A stretch of DNA of 64,000 bases, from assembly GCF_963921235.1 (NCBI RefSeq), contig NC_086097.1, positions 244,034,001 through 244,098,000 on the forward strand, given 5' to 3'. Position 1 is the stretch's first letter, and every line of letters begins with the position of its first letter. Below, piece by piece: positions 33,561 to 46,629 of the stretch. This stretch comes from Mobula hypostoma (taxonomy: Eukaryota). The position numbers were made by a program, and so were the translations under genes. The notes beneath the pieces are model-generated. The model was not told the origin of the DNA and did not search any database. It saw nothing but the letters and a program-made list of their open reading frames with translations.

Positions 33561-34254
33561 CCCAAGTGCCAGGAGGGAAACAAGAGGGGAGGGATGAGTG
33601 GACAAGAGAGTCATTCAGAGCTGTATTTCTCAAAAGTTCAAAGTACATTTATTATCAAAGCATGTATACATTCATGCAACCTTGAGATTCCTCGCCTAAC
33701 AGGCATCCACAGAACAGAACACCCCCCCGCCAAAAAAAACATTAAAAAGACCATCAAACACCCAATGCACAAAGAAAAACAAATCATGCAAAACAATAAA
33801 TGCAACCAAATTGCATTCTGAACTGAAGTTCAGAAATAGCTTGCCCATGGACTCTGAGCTGAACTGGCCTGACCCTTGCCTCAGGCCCCGACAGCCTGAC
33901 CTTTTCAATCTGGTCCCGTGCCGAAATTGTTGTCCAAATATCGGGTTCAGTTGCTTTAATACGCTGTGGGGCCTGGATCCCACCTCCTCGATTCGGCCTA
34001 TACCTGACCTTTCCAATTTGGCCTGGTGCTTAAATCGTCGTCCAAACATCGGGTTCAGTCACTTCAATACACTCTGTGGCCTGGACCCCAAAATTTCTCC
34101 AACCTTTTGCATGGACAATAAATTAACCCTTGCCTTGCCACAGAGGCATTTTGCACGTTTGCCTTCATTATTCAGAGCACCGAGTACAGGAGTTGAAATG
34201 CCATGTCACAAATGTGTAAGGCATTGATGAGACGACACTAACTATTGTACCTGG

Positions 34255-34665
34255 TCTTCTCCGAGGATAGTCACGTTGGTGGAGGGAATTACGAGTTGCT
34301 GAGATCCGGACAGCGACGCCGTCTGGAGCTTGGCTCCTGACAGGGTCACCCATGGTGGCAAGTTCAAGAGGAGATTCCACACACAGAGCAATCCAACCAA
34401 CCCCTCGTCAGTGGAGCCGGCAGGAGGAGTTGACACATCACTATGGCAGTGAAGGTGGAGGAAGACTGCAGCAGTGAAGGGTCCCTGGTCATCTTACATT
34501 CCACGCCACTGGACCCTGATCTCAATCCCTCAAGGACTGTGCGGTGGCTGCCCCTGCCTCAGCTTTCCCACATTACACAAAATCACACAGGCCCTCTCCA
34601 TTAAGGGAATAACCCTTTGGGAGAAAATCATACTCAACTCGAGTGATCACACCACCACTACTATC
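34255..34665 (+). mobile_element. non-autonomous RTE-derived element
   Basis: RTE 5'UTR-like AGGGTCACCCATGG motif; (CAC/TAC)n tail. Confidence 0.5.
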
Positions 34666-34877
34666 GTGTGGAATGGCGCAATTCGGGTGACCCAGAGAGA
34701 GAAGTTAGGAAAAGGGCAGTAAAGATTCAAAAAGATGTTTACAAGTCTGTAATACCTCATTTATAATGACACACTGCAAAGCTGGGATGCCTTTCCTTGG
34801 AGTGAGGGAAGCTGAGGGGTGACCTTAAAGAGTATTATAAAATCACAAGGGATATAGTTAAGGTCTTTTAATAAGGT

Positions 34878-35254
34878 TCATTCATTGTGTGCCGTGTTGT
34901 ATGACGTGGGCAATCACAGTTCTTCCATGACCATGATTGTTTTAGGCAAATTTTTCTACAGAAATGGTTTGCTATTACCTTCTTCTGGGCAATGTCTTTA
35001 CAAGACGGGTGACCTCAGCCATTATCAATACTCTTCAGAGATTGTCTGCCTGGCATCAGTGGTCGCATAACCAGGACTTGTGATATGCACTAGCTGCTCA
35101 TACGACCATCCACCACCTGCTCCCATGGCTTCATGTGACCCTGATCTGGGGGCTAGGCAGGTGTCACACCTTGCCCAAAGGTAACCTGCAGGCTAGCAGA
35201 GGGAAGGAGTGCCTTACGCCTCCTTTGGTAGATACATATCTCCACCCTGTCACC
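34878..35254 (-). mobile_element. RTE-associated SINE-like element, family B (other copies ~41450-41724, ~51905-52244)
   Basis: Three homologous copies; Bov-A/Sauria-SINE-like 3' motif GAAGAAGG(C/T)AAT(G/A)GCAAACCA; (TGAA)n tail. Confidence 0.8.
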
Positions 35255-35463
35255 TGTTTACCAAGGTTAGAAGAGTCTAGCACTGGAGGGTATAGTTTTA
35301 GGCTGGGAAGGTTAACCTATAAAGAGTAGATGAAGGGTAATTTTTTTTCACAAAGAGGGTGGTGGGTATATGGAATGACCTGCCAGAGAAAATGCTTGAG
35401 GAAGGCAACTTTACAATGCTTTAAGGACATTTGGACAGATACATGGATAGCGAAGGTTTAGAC

Positions 35464-35543
35464 CAGGGGTTCCCAACCTGGGATCCACGGTCCCCTCAGT
35501 TAATGGTAGGGGTCCTTGGTATAAAAATGGTTGGGAGCCCCTG
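35464..35543. mobile_element. 80-bp hAT-Charlie MITE
   Basis: TIR CAGGGGTTCCCAACC / GGTTGGGAGCCCCTG; 8-bp TSD GTTTAGA(C/G). Confidence 0.9.
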
Positions 35544-35579
35544 GTTTAGAGGGATAAGTGTTAAGCAGAGACAAAATGC

Positions 35580-35860
35580 GGCACAGTGGTGTGGCAGCGA
35601 GTGTAACACTATACAGCCACTGTCTGTAAGGAGTTTGTACATTCTTCCCATTAACATACAGGTTGCCTCCAGGTGCTCCGGTTTCCTCCCACATTCCAAA
35701 AAGGTGCAGGTAAATAGTGGGCATTCTCGGTTGGTGCCGGAAGCATGGCGACACTTGCAAGCTACCCCAGGAAATCCTTGGATTGTGTCAATCGATGACA
35801 CAAAACAATGCATTTCACTGTATGTTTCAATGTCTTGCTGTACACGTGACAAAGGAAGCT
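35580..35860 (+). mobile_element. V-SINE (HE1-like); relatives near 10330, 17620, 26060, 40280, 40780-41055(-), 49730-50015(-), 56815
   Basis: V-domain GGAGTTTGTAC.TTCT..CC..TCC.GGTGCTCCGGTTTCCTCCCACA. Confidence 0.8.
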
Positions 35861-36349
35861 AATTTTAAATTTTTAAGTGGACCTAGCTCAGGCAGGTGAC
35901 TCGGACAGCATTGACCAGATGGGCCGAAAGGCATGTTTCCATTCTATCACTCTATGACTCTCTTCAAATTCAAAGTCAAAATAAATTTATTATCCAAGTA
36001 TGTTTATGTTAACATAGTAATACTAACCTGAGATTCATTTTCCTACGGACGTTTAAGGGAAAATAAAGAAATACAGTACTGTGCAGAAGTCTTTAGGCAC
36101 TGTTGCATACGTGGGTTATGCCCAAAGAAAAGATAGCTGGAGTCACTTAGCATTTTCATGCAGTGGGATTTATTTCAGTGCGTCAAAAATGAAACTGTCA
36201 AAACTTAGCAGAACTAGCAAAAAGAAAATTGCCAATATCTACAAAAAGATATCTACCAGAAAACACACTTATAGTACATAGAGTACTATGTCCAGTGGGA
36301 ACTCTTGGCAGCTCGATCTCTCTGTCCTACCAAGAGCAATCCACCCCGT

Positions 36350-36897
36350 TTTTGGTCCCCTAATCTGAGGAAAGACATCTTTGCCATAGAGGGAGTACAA
36401 AGAAGGTTCACCAGATTGATTCCTGGGATGGCAGGTCTTTCATATGAAGAAAGACTGGATGAACTGGGCTTGTACTCGTTGGAATTTAGAAGATTGAGGG
36501 GGGATCTGATTGAAACGTATAAGATCCTAAAGGGATTGGACAGGCTAGATGCGGGAAGATTGTTCCCGATGTTGGGGAGGTCTAGAACGAGGGGTCACAG
36601 TTTGAAGATAGAGGGGAAGCCTTTTAGGACCGAGGTTAGGAAGAACTTCTTCACACAGAGAGTGGTGAATCTGTGGAATTCTCTGCCACAGCAAACTGTT
36701 GAGGCCAGTTCATTAGCTATGTTTAAAAGGAAGTTAGATATGGCCCTTGTGGCTACAGGGGTCAGGGGGTATGGAGGGAAGGCTGGGTTCTGAGTTGGAT
36801 GATCAGCCATGATCATAATAAATGGCGGTGCAGGCTCGAAGGGCCGAATGGCCTACTCCTGCACCTATTTTCTATGTTTCTATGTTTCTATGTTTCT
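36350..36897 (+). mobile_element. young CR1 3' fragment
   Basis: ORF 36305-36793; (TTTCTATG)n tail. Confidence 0.95.
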
Positions 36898-37295
36898 ACT
36901 TACTGCCCATTACGTCACTGGTGTTTACAGCAGCAGTGAGCGTCCTCCATCTCTGAAGGTTTTCAGGGTGTCCTACAACATGTCAGTCGTTTTCTCTTGG
37001 TTTTGGTTTCCCTACTGTCGATCACGCAAGTCCCATGTGGAGACTCAGGAATACCATCACACTCAGATGTAGAAGGATTCTTCATTGTTGTTTCTGTAAC
37101 AGTTTTGTTTTACCAGTCAGGGTTGTTAGCCCTGAGCTGAACCTCCAAAACCTGGTGGACTTTGACCTGCTCGGCATGGGTGACCCTACCAAGAGCCAAA
37201 GCACAAGGCCCTGACTCCAGCCAATGTAGCTCTCTCGGTCATTGAGGCACGCAGAGCTCCAAACCGTACGACAAGGTGTGGTCCTTTTGGAGAGG
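36898..37295 (-). mobile_element. non-autonomous RTE/Expander-like element
   Basis: 5' motif CCACACCTTGTCGT..GCCTCAATGAC..GGTAGGGTCACCCATG; GGGCTAACAACCC motif. Confidence 0.6.
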
Positions 37296-37587
37296 CACCT
37301 GGACCTACCATCTTTAATTACTCACAAAGTTAACTTAAGACTATACATGAATCAGAATATGATGGACCCCACAATGTAGTTACAATCATATTGGAAAATA
37401 AACAGAAGTATTGACCTTAAATACAGTATACAAACAACATGTACACATTTACACATCCTGATTACTAAAGAAATGGAATATTCTGCCCTGTATGGTGGGA
37501 AAGACACCCTAAAGCAAACCCATTATAAGAATATACCAGGGACAAGTCATTAAAGTGTGCACACTCACCACAATGACAACACAATGA

Positions 37588-37771
37588 TTGTGTGTGCCTG
37601 TCTGTGCGGGTCTGTGTCTGTGTGCGCATGTCCGTCTGTGTCTGCGTCTGAGTGTGTGTGTGTGTGTGTGTGCGCGTGTGTGTGTGCATGTGTAAATGCT
37701 TGTGTATACGGACTATATTTACTGAACTCTCTATCACAGGCACATATACACATATATATACCGTATGTGGG

Positions 37772-37809
<38 letters not shown>

Positions 37810-37823
37810 GTATGTATATATAT
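37588..37823. repeat. compound (TG)n/(TA)n microsatellite
   Basis: Direct reading. Confidence 0.95.
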
Positions 37824-38964
37824 AGAGCCAAAGACATTTGCACAGTGCCATAGTAATTTTATGTATTGCCCTGTACTGCTGCCACAAATAAAATAAATTT
37901 CATGACATACTTGAGTGATGATAAACCTGATTCTGATATGGGTCTCTATTGTGGACTGAGAGTGGGAAGGGGGCAGGGAGAGGGGAATCATGGTTGGGAA
38001 AAGGGGAAGAAAGAGGGGAGGGAGCAGGAAGCACCAGAGAGACATTCTGTAATGATCAATAAACCAATTGTTTGGAATCAAATGACCCTGCTTCGTGTCG
38101 GGCTGGGTGTGTCTGCACCCTGACCACTTCTGCCCTGCCACCCGTCCCACGCCCCTCCTGTGGCGCTCCACCCTCGCCATTCCCAACATCATGTGCTCCC
38201 ACTAGAGTTACAAACTCGCCCTCCACTCCATAGCCACCCTAGCTATCTATATGTTCCAAAGACTTCGAAGTAGAATTTAGAATTTAAGAAAAGCTATTCA
38301 CAAATAAGGACTATCAGAATCATAATTCTCCAATAATGTATTTTCTTTTTCCATTCCCCATTCCAGTTCCCCTCTCTCCCCTCTTCCCTTCTCCTTCCCT
38401 GCCCATCACCCCCTTCTGGTGCCCCTCCTCCTTCCCTCTCTCCCATGGTCCTATCAGATCCCTTCTTCTTCAGCCCCTCACCTCTTCCACCTATCACTTC
38501 CCAGCTTCTTACTTCATCCCTCTTCTCCCACCCACCCAGCTTCCTCCAGGGCTGCTGAGTTCCTGCAGCATTTTGCCTGTATTGCTTAGATTCAGGTTGG
38601 TGAGATTTGTTATTTTGTGGCAGCACGCAGTGCAAAAACATTAAAAAAAGTTACAATGTTTGCCTCAGAATAGAGGGATGTCCAGTTAGAATGGAGATGA
38701 GGAGGAATTTCTTCAGCCAGAGAGTGGTGAGTCTGTGGAATTCATTGTCACAGGCAACTGTGGAGGCCAAGTCATTGGGTGTATTTAAGGCAGAGGTTGG
38801 TAGAGTCAGGGCATGAAGGGATACGGGAAGAAGGCAGGCCACAGCCTCAGTTCAGCACAGAGATGAGTAAACCTGGCGGAGCAGTGAGCTGAACTGGCCC
38901 GGCCCTTGTCTGTAGCCCTGACACCCAGTCCTTTCCAATCTGTCCCGGCACTTCAATCATTTCG

Positions 38965-39527
38965 CAGACATCCCACCCTGCAAAAACTCATTTCAGGGAG
39001 GTAGCACCATCAATTTGCGGGTGAATTCCGGGAGAGGTGGGATGTCTGCAATAGAGTAGCTCCTTAGCATCTAGCCAGCTAGTTTAAATAACGTTAACTA
39101 TGCTAATGAACGAATGACACCTGTTAAACTCACCTCAACACGTCTTTTACAGTCTTAACCCACCATGGGCAATAGAAAAGTCACTGTTGCAAACAGTGCA
39201 GCGAGCAACACTGTCATTATTTTGACCCCTACTAGGCAGGGGTACACTTTAGTGTAGTCTGGGGTAACGTACGTTTTATATTTTCTTTTTTTGGAACACG
39301 CTGCCACTCTGACCTTTTTTGGAACTCTCTCGCTCTCTCACTCGCGCTTGCTTTCTCGCTCTCGCTCTCTCGCGTGCGCGCGCTCTCACGCTCTCTCGTG
39401 GTCGTTCTCACACGCTCTCTCTCAAAAAAATTTATTTCCATGATATTGTATATCATTTGTGGGCACCAGGGAGCCACTATTAATATGTGGGAGACTCCCG
39501 GAACTTCTGGGAGAGGTGGGATGTCTG
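38965..39527. mobile_element. non-autonomous DNA transposon, 13-bp TIR, 6-bp TSD
   Basis: CAGACATCCCACC / GGTGGGATGTCTG; ATTTCG at 38959-38964 and 39528-39533; extra internal TIR 39036-39048. Confidence 0.85.
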
Positions 39528-41786
39528 ATTTCGACTTCATGTTGTTCATTGCTCTCAAACAGGGACCTGGGCCCTACTGCTTTGATAGGATCTCAAGCCC
39601 AGCCCTGCCACATCGATTCGGCCCACAATCCACCTTTCCAATATGGCTGGGTGCTTAAATCGATCAAACTTAGGGTCTTTCCTGACTCTCGGGCCTCTCT
39701 GCTTCGCTTCAGTTCGGCCTCATTGAAATGCCTCCAAGTCCGCTCCAGCAATGGCCACACGTTGGCTCATTCCCCGCTCTCCAGCCTGGACCCCACCTCC
39801 TTCGAGACTCAAGAAAGAATTGTCACACAATGTCAAAGCGTCAAATACTGTTTACTCAGTTTCCTGAAGAAGGGTCGACTGTCCATTCCTCTCCATTGAT
39901 GCTGCCTGATCTGTTGAGTTCCTACAACTGAAAATTCCTCAAAATGCTGTAGGATTTATAGACTTTATAGTCAGTCTTTTCACATAAATTGATTCTGAAG
40001 CAATTTGATGCCATTGGAATGAGGACAACACAGGAGCGTAGTGGTTTGAGTAAATCTTAACAGTGTAGGTTTCCGCAAATAAAGTGAAGTGAGGCATTTT
40101 ATGTTTAATGAAACCCATAACACATTTTATTGAACTCCAAAGCGTACACAGCAAAAGTGCGCTAAGAAACTTTTACATTAAAAACATCATCATGTCAGAC
40201 CAGCCTCATAATGCGAAACCCCAACTCAATATCAGAGGTCATGAATTATGTACATTTCTCCCAATTACATTTCCCTACCAGCTGTAAGATCAGGTTTCAT
40301 TTCCTGCCGCTGTCTGTAAGGAGATTGTAATTCTCCCCGCGGCCCCGTTGGTTTCCTCCGGGTGCCCCGGTTTCCTCCAACATTCCATAGTCATAAGGGT
40401 TAGGGTTAGTAAGTTGTGGGTACGATACGTTGGTGCTGAAACATGGCGACACATATGGGTTGCCCTACCTGCACATATTCAGCTCATTGACAAACAAATC
40501 TAATCTAGTATTTTTCTGTGCAGTCAGTCAAATTAGTAGGAAAACACACACAAGATGCTGGAGGAACCCAGATGGTCAGGCAGTATCTTTGGAAAGGAAT
40601 GAAGAGTCATCATATGAAGCTGAGACCCTTCATCAGGATTTGGTCATTTAGTAGGGATTTGTTTTCTTTTCATCCGATCCTGAAACTTGAATGTGTAATT
40701 TAATTCAATTTCTGCTTCATGCCTTGCTGTGCTGCCTGCCAATGACATTTCAAATGGTTTGCAAAGTGGAAATTTCGTATTTATTTATTTATTGAGATAC
40801 AGCTCAGAATTGGCCCTTCAAGCTGTGCTGCCCAGCAATCCCACAATTTAACCCTAGCCTAATCACAGTACAAGTTACAATGATCAATTAACCTACCAAA
40901 CAGTAGGTCTTTGGACTGTGGGAGGAAACCAGAGCACCCGGAGGAAACCCATATGGTCACAGGGGGAGCATACAAACTCCTTACAGGCAGTGGTGGGAAA
41001 TAAACCCAGGTCACCTGTACTGTAAAGCATTGTGCTAACCGGTACACTATCGTGCCACTCGATGTTGGAGATTTACCTGTGAAATTAATCAAGTAGCTCA
41101 ACTTTAAATGTCTTGTATTCAGTGACAGCGTTCCTTATTTTTAGCAATTATGCATAGCCAGCAGCTTAGTAACTCATTGATTTGCAACTTAATTTGATTT
41201 TTGTTGTTTAGAATGTGTTTGTGATAGTTGAAGCAATTTGCTGTGCCCAGAATAAGAAGCGGGGAAGATGCCAGAATGAACAGTCCTGATGAAGGGTCTC
41301 GGCCCAAACGTCGACTGTTCATTCCTCCCCAGAGAAGCTGCCTGACCTGCTGAGCTCCTCCAGCATTTTGTGTGTGTCGCTCTGGATTTCCAGCCTCTGC
41401 AGAATCTCTTGCATTCTTGGAAATGCACATTAGATTTTGTGTGAGATATGATTTTTCCTCAGAAGTGGTTTGCCTCTGGGCAGTATCTTTACAAGACGGG
41501 TGGCGCCAGCCATTATCAATACTCTTCAAAGATTGTCTGCCTGGTGTCAGTGGTCGAATAACCAGGACCTGTGACATGCACCAGGTGCTCCCATAGCTTC
41601 ATGTGACCCTGATTGGGAGTGGGGCTAAGCAGGTGCTACACCTTACCCAAGGGTAACCTGCAGGCTAGCAGAGGGAGGGAGCACCTTACACATCCTTTGG
41701 TAGGTACATATCTCCAACCCGCCATATATTCTTCAGTACACAGTGTAAAGAACAAAATGAGTGTTACTCCAGATTCGATAGAGCAT

Positions 41787-42103
41787 GAAGTAAAGGTATC
41801 CGTTAGTCTTGCGAGACCATGGATCTGCGCCTGGAAAGTCTTCACTCTCCAGGGCGCAGGCCTGGGCAAGGTTGTATGGAAGACCAGCAGTTGCCCATGC
41901 TGCAAGTCTCCCCTCTCCACGACACCGATGTTGTCCAAGGGAAGGGCATTAGGACCCATACAGCTTGGCATCAGTGTCATCACAGAGCAATGTGTGATTA
42001 AGTGCCTTGCTCAAGGAAACAACACGTTCCCTCGGCTGGGGCTCGAACTCACGACCTTCAGGTCACTAGTCCAATGCCTTAACCACTTGGCCACGTGCCC
42101 ACG
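41787..42103 (-). mobile_element. full-length tRNA-derived CORE-like SINE
   Basis: Box A TGGCCAAGTGG, box B GTTCGAGCC; 8-bp TSD TAGAGCAT (41779-41786, 42104-42111). Confidence 0.9.
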
Positions 42104-42424
42104 TAGAGCATAAAGAACACAGTAAAAAACAAAAAATGTGTTGATAAATATAAAAGTAATAATATACAACACAATGTACAAGTAGATTTCTTGATGTAAT
42201 TTCAAAGCATGGCGACAATATGGGCATTGGAGTGTGGATTTTTATATAAAGCTACCAATTTGATGACTAAGAATACTGGCCACAAGAGATGACACACCCG
42301 ATTTATCCTTTATCTCTTCACAATAATCAGTAAAAGGAAATGAGAAGACATGTTCTGGATATAAAATTGGTGTGATGTTTTAAATCCATAGGTCACTGCA
42401 TCTTGGTAATTCGGTACTGTGAAA

Positions 42425-42601
42425 ATGTCTGAGAAAGGCACACTGAGACAAGAGGATTCAGAAGATGCTGGAAATGAGCAAAACACCGAGATTACTCCAT
42501 CCTGCCGGGTAACATGCATCATTAACACTGAGAGCTTGGAAGTGGAGGAAAAAGAGAAGGGGAAAGAAGATAAATCAAATGAGACAAAGACAGATCACCA
42601 G
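42425..42601 (+). CDS. candidate first coding exon of a 106-aa unknown protein
   Basis: Acceptor before 42392; in-frame upstream stop; aaaATG; 59 codons (MSEKGTLRQEDSEDAG..KTDHQ); CAG|gtgagg donor. Confidence 0.35.
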
Positions 42602-42794
42602 GTGAGGTGGTACAGAGGATATGTTCCTGAAACTCTGCTAATTTCATTATTTAAAGTAGTTTTAATACACAATAAGTTAATTTAATTTATATGTATATTT
42701 CAGCTCTTTCCTTCTAAATTATCAATGTGACCCACTCATAAAAGTTGCATATCATTACTGACACAATAAACATGTAGAACAGTCCATGGTAATA

Positions 42795-44455
42795 AGACCA
42801 TAAGATATAGGAGCATAAATAGGCCATTCGGCCCATCAAGCCTGCTCCGCCATTCAATCATAAGCTGATCCAATTCTTCCAGTCATCCCCACTCTCCTGA
42901 TTTCACCCCATATCCTTTGATGTCCAGGCTAATCAAGAACGTATCTATCTCTGCCTTAAGTACACCCAATGACTTGCTCTCAACGGCCACTCGTGGCAAC
43001 AAATTCCACAGATTTACCACCCTCTGACTAAAGTAATTTCTCCGTATCTCAGTTCTAAAAGGACTTTAATCCTGAATTCGTGCCCTCTTGTCCTAGACTC
43101 CCCTACCATAGGAAATAACTTTGCCATACCTCATCTGTTCAGGCCTTTTAAGATTCGGAATGTTTCTATGAGATCCCCCCTCATTCTCCCAAACTCCAGG
43201 GAATACAGCCCAAGAGCTACCAGACGTTCTTCATACAGTAACCCTTTCATTCCTGAAATCATTCTCGTGAATCTTATCTGAACCCTCTCCAATGTCAGTA
43301 TATCCTTTCTAAGATAAGGAGCCCAAAACTGCACACAATACTCCAAGTGTAGTCTTATGAGTGCCTTATAGAGCCTCAACATCACATCCCTGCTCCTATA
43401 TTCTATACCTCCAGAAATGAATACCAAAATTGCATTCGGCTTCTTCACAACTGACTCAACCTGGAGGTTAACCTTTAGGGTATCTTGCACAAGGACTCCC
43501 AAGTCCCTTGGCATCTCTGCATTTTAAATTCTCTGCCCATCTAAATAATAGGCTGCCCAGTTATTTCTTCCACCAAAGTGCATGACCATACAATTTCCAA
43601 CATTGTATTTCATTTGTCACTTCTTTGTCCAGTCCCCTAAACTATCTTAAGATTCTCTGTAGGCTCTCTCTTTCCTCAACACCACCTGCTCCTCCATCTA
43701 TCTTTGTATCATCGGCAAATTTAGCCACAAATCCATTAATACTGTACTCCAAATCATTGACATACATCATAAAAAGCAGCAGTCCCAACACTGACCCCTG
43801 CGAAACTCCACTAGTAATCAGCAGCCAGCCAGAATAGGATCCCTTTATTCCCACTTTCTGTCTTCTGCCGACCAGCCAAAGCTCCACCCATGCTAGGAAC
43901 TCCCCTGTAATTCCATGGGCTCTTACCTTGTTAAGCAGCCTCATGCACGGCACCTCGTCAAAGGCCTTCTGAAAATCCAAGTACATCACGTCTACTGCAT
44001 CTCCTTTGTCTACCCTGCTTGTAATTTCCTCAAAACATTGCAGTAGGTTTGTCAGGCAGGATCTTCCTTTCAGGAAACCATGCTGGCTTTGGCTTTTTTT
44101 GTCATGTGCCTCCAGGTCCTCCATACTCTCATACCTAACAATCAATTTCAACAACTTCCCAACCACTGATGTCAGGCTAACGGGTCTATAGTTTCCTTTC
44201 TGCTGCCTCCCACCCTTTTTAAATAGCGGAGTAATATTTGCAATTTTCCAGTTATCCAGTGCAGTGCCAGAATCTATTGATACTTGAAAGATCATCGTTA
44301 ATGCCTCTGCAATCTCTCCAGCTACTTCCTTCAGAACCTGAGGGTGCATTCCATCAGGTCCAGGAGATTTATCCACCCTCAGACCATTAGCTTCCTGAGC
44401 ACCTTCTCAGTCGTGATTTTCACTGCAGAAACTTCACTTCCTTGACACTCTTGAA
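42795..44455 (-). mobile_element. CR1 RT + 3'UTR
   Basis: ORFs 43642-44376 (full RT motifs, FADD) and 43131-43514. Confidence 0.95.
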
Positions 44456-44469
44456 GAGTAATGTTCTCT

Positions 44470-46470
44470 ATCACTTCCTCTGTTACATTGACAGCAACAT
44501 TGGTGCTGCTTCATGCACCCATGCTGACCTCGTCAATTTCATCAACTTTGCCCCCAACTTCCACTCTGCCCTTAAATTCATATGGTCTATTTCTGGCACT
44601 TCTCCCCCTTTCTCAATCTCTCTGTCTTCATCTCTAGAGACAAGTTGTCTACTGACATATTTTATAAATCTGCTGATTCCCACAGCTATCTTGACTGTAC
44701 CTCTTCAGAACCTATCTACTGTAAAAGTGCTATTCCCTTTTCTCACTTCCTTCATCTTCCAGGATCAGACTTTCCTTTCAGGACATCAGAAATGTCCTTT
44801 TTCTTCAAATAACAGGGATTCCCTTACTTCACCATTGGTGCATTTTCCCGCTGCCTTAACAGTTCCTCTTGTTCTCATCTACCACACTATAAGCATTCAC
44901 ATCCAACACATCATTCTCTGCCTTATCCACCATCTTCAAGGGGATTTTGCCACCAAGTGCACCTTTATCTCACCTGCCCACTCTCTATTTTGTGCAGAGA
45001 TCACTCCCATGTCCATTCATCTCTCTCCACTAATTTCCCTCCTGGCACATATCCCTGCAAGTGACAGAAATGCTATCCCTGCCCATTCACGTTCTCCCTC
45101 ACCTCTATTCAGGCTCCAAACTGTCCTTCGATGTGAGGCAATACTTCACCTGCGAATCTGCTGGGGTCATCTATTATATCCAGTGCTCCTAATGCAGATT
45201 GCTCTACGTTGGTGAGACCCAATATAAACTGGGGAAAAGCTTTGTCGAGCACCTCCACTCCATCCACCAAGAGTGGAATTCCCAGTTGCTGACCACTTTA
45301 ATTCTTATCCCCATTCCCATTCTGACATGTTGGTCCACGGCCTGTCTTTTGCCATGAAGAGGCCACTGTCAGGTTGGAGGAGAATTACCTTATATTCTGT
45401 CTACATAGCCTCCAACCTGATGGCATGAACATTGATTTCTCCTTCTGGCTATTTTCCTCTCCTCCTCTTCACTTTTAGACAATAGACAATAAGTGCAGGA
45501 ATAGGCCATTCAGCCCTTCAAGCCAGCACCACCATTCACTGTGATCATGGCTGATCATCCACTATCAGTACCCTTTTCCTGCCTTCTCCCCATATCCCCT
45601 CACTCCACTATCTTTAAGAGCTCTATCTAACTCTTTTTTGAAAAAGAATCCAGAGAATTGGCCTCCACTACCTTCTGAGGCAGAGCATTCTACAGAACTA
45701 CAACCCTCAGTGTGAAAAAGTTCTTCCTCAACTCCATTCTAAATTGTCTACCCCTTATTCTTAAACTGTGGCTTCTGGTTCTGGACTTCCCCCAACATCG
45801 GGAACATGTTTCCTGTCCCCAGCGTGTCCAATCCCTTAATAATCTTATATGTTTCAATCAGATCCCCTCTCATCCTTCTAAGTTCCAGTGTATACAACCC
45901 CAGTCGCTCCAATCTTTCAACATATGACAGTCCCGCCATCCCAGGAATTAACCTCATGAACCTACGCTGCACTCCCTCAATAGCTAGAATGTCCTTCCTC
46001 AAATTTGGAGACCAAAACTGTACACAATATTCCAGGTGTGGTCTCACCAAGGCCCTGTACAACTGCAGAAGGACCTCTTTGCTCCTATACTCAATTCCTC
46101 TTGTTATAAAGGCTATTCTTCTATTCCCCACTCTGTCCTCTTACCTCTTCTCCTCACCTGCCTATCAACTCCCCTGGCCCCCTCCTGCTTCCCTTTCTCT
46201 CATTATCCACTCTCCTCTCCAATCAGATTCCTTCTTTTCTAGCCACTTTCCCTTCCCACCCGCCTGGCTTCACCTATCTCCTTCTAGCTAATCATCCGTC
46301 CCCTCCCTCTCCTTTTTATTCTGGTATCTTCCCCCTTCCTTTCCAGTCCTGATAAAAGATCTCAGCCCAAGACATCGACTGTGTACTCTTTTCCACAGAT
46401 GCTGCCTTACCTGCTGAGTTCTTCCAGCATTTTGTGTGTGTTGATTTGGATTTCCAGCATCTGCGGAATC
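44470..46470 (+). mobile_element. Penelope-like element remnant (RT C-terminus, GIY-YIG, terminal repeat), interrupted by minus-strand CR1 ~45476-46112
   Basis: FLCYIDSNIG, FHSALKFIW, STDIFYKSADSHSYLD, GVIYYIQC..LYVGET; decayed hammerhead ~46343-46381. Confidence 0.9.
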
Positions 46471-46629
46471 TCATTGTCACTGGATCTAAATAGTAAACTT
46501 TCGTAGCCTACCAAATATTGAAAGGAAATAAGAGAAAATCTGCAGATGCTCAAAATCCGAGCAACACACACACAATGCTGGAGGAACTCAGCAGAAACTC
46601 TGCGAGTTCCTCCAGCACTTTGTGAATTT

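Noticed and set aside
35020..35045. Hammerhead-like CTGAAGAG in family B (minus strand)
   Set aside because: No GAAA after the following helix and no helix I/III pairing
42030..42103. tRNA gene
   Set aside because: tRNA-derived SINE head, contiguous with the SINE body and bounded by a TSD
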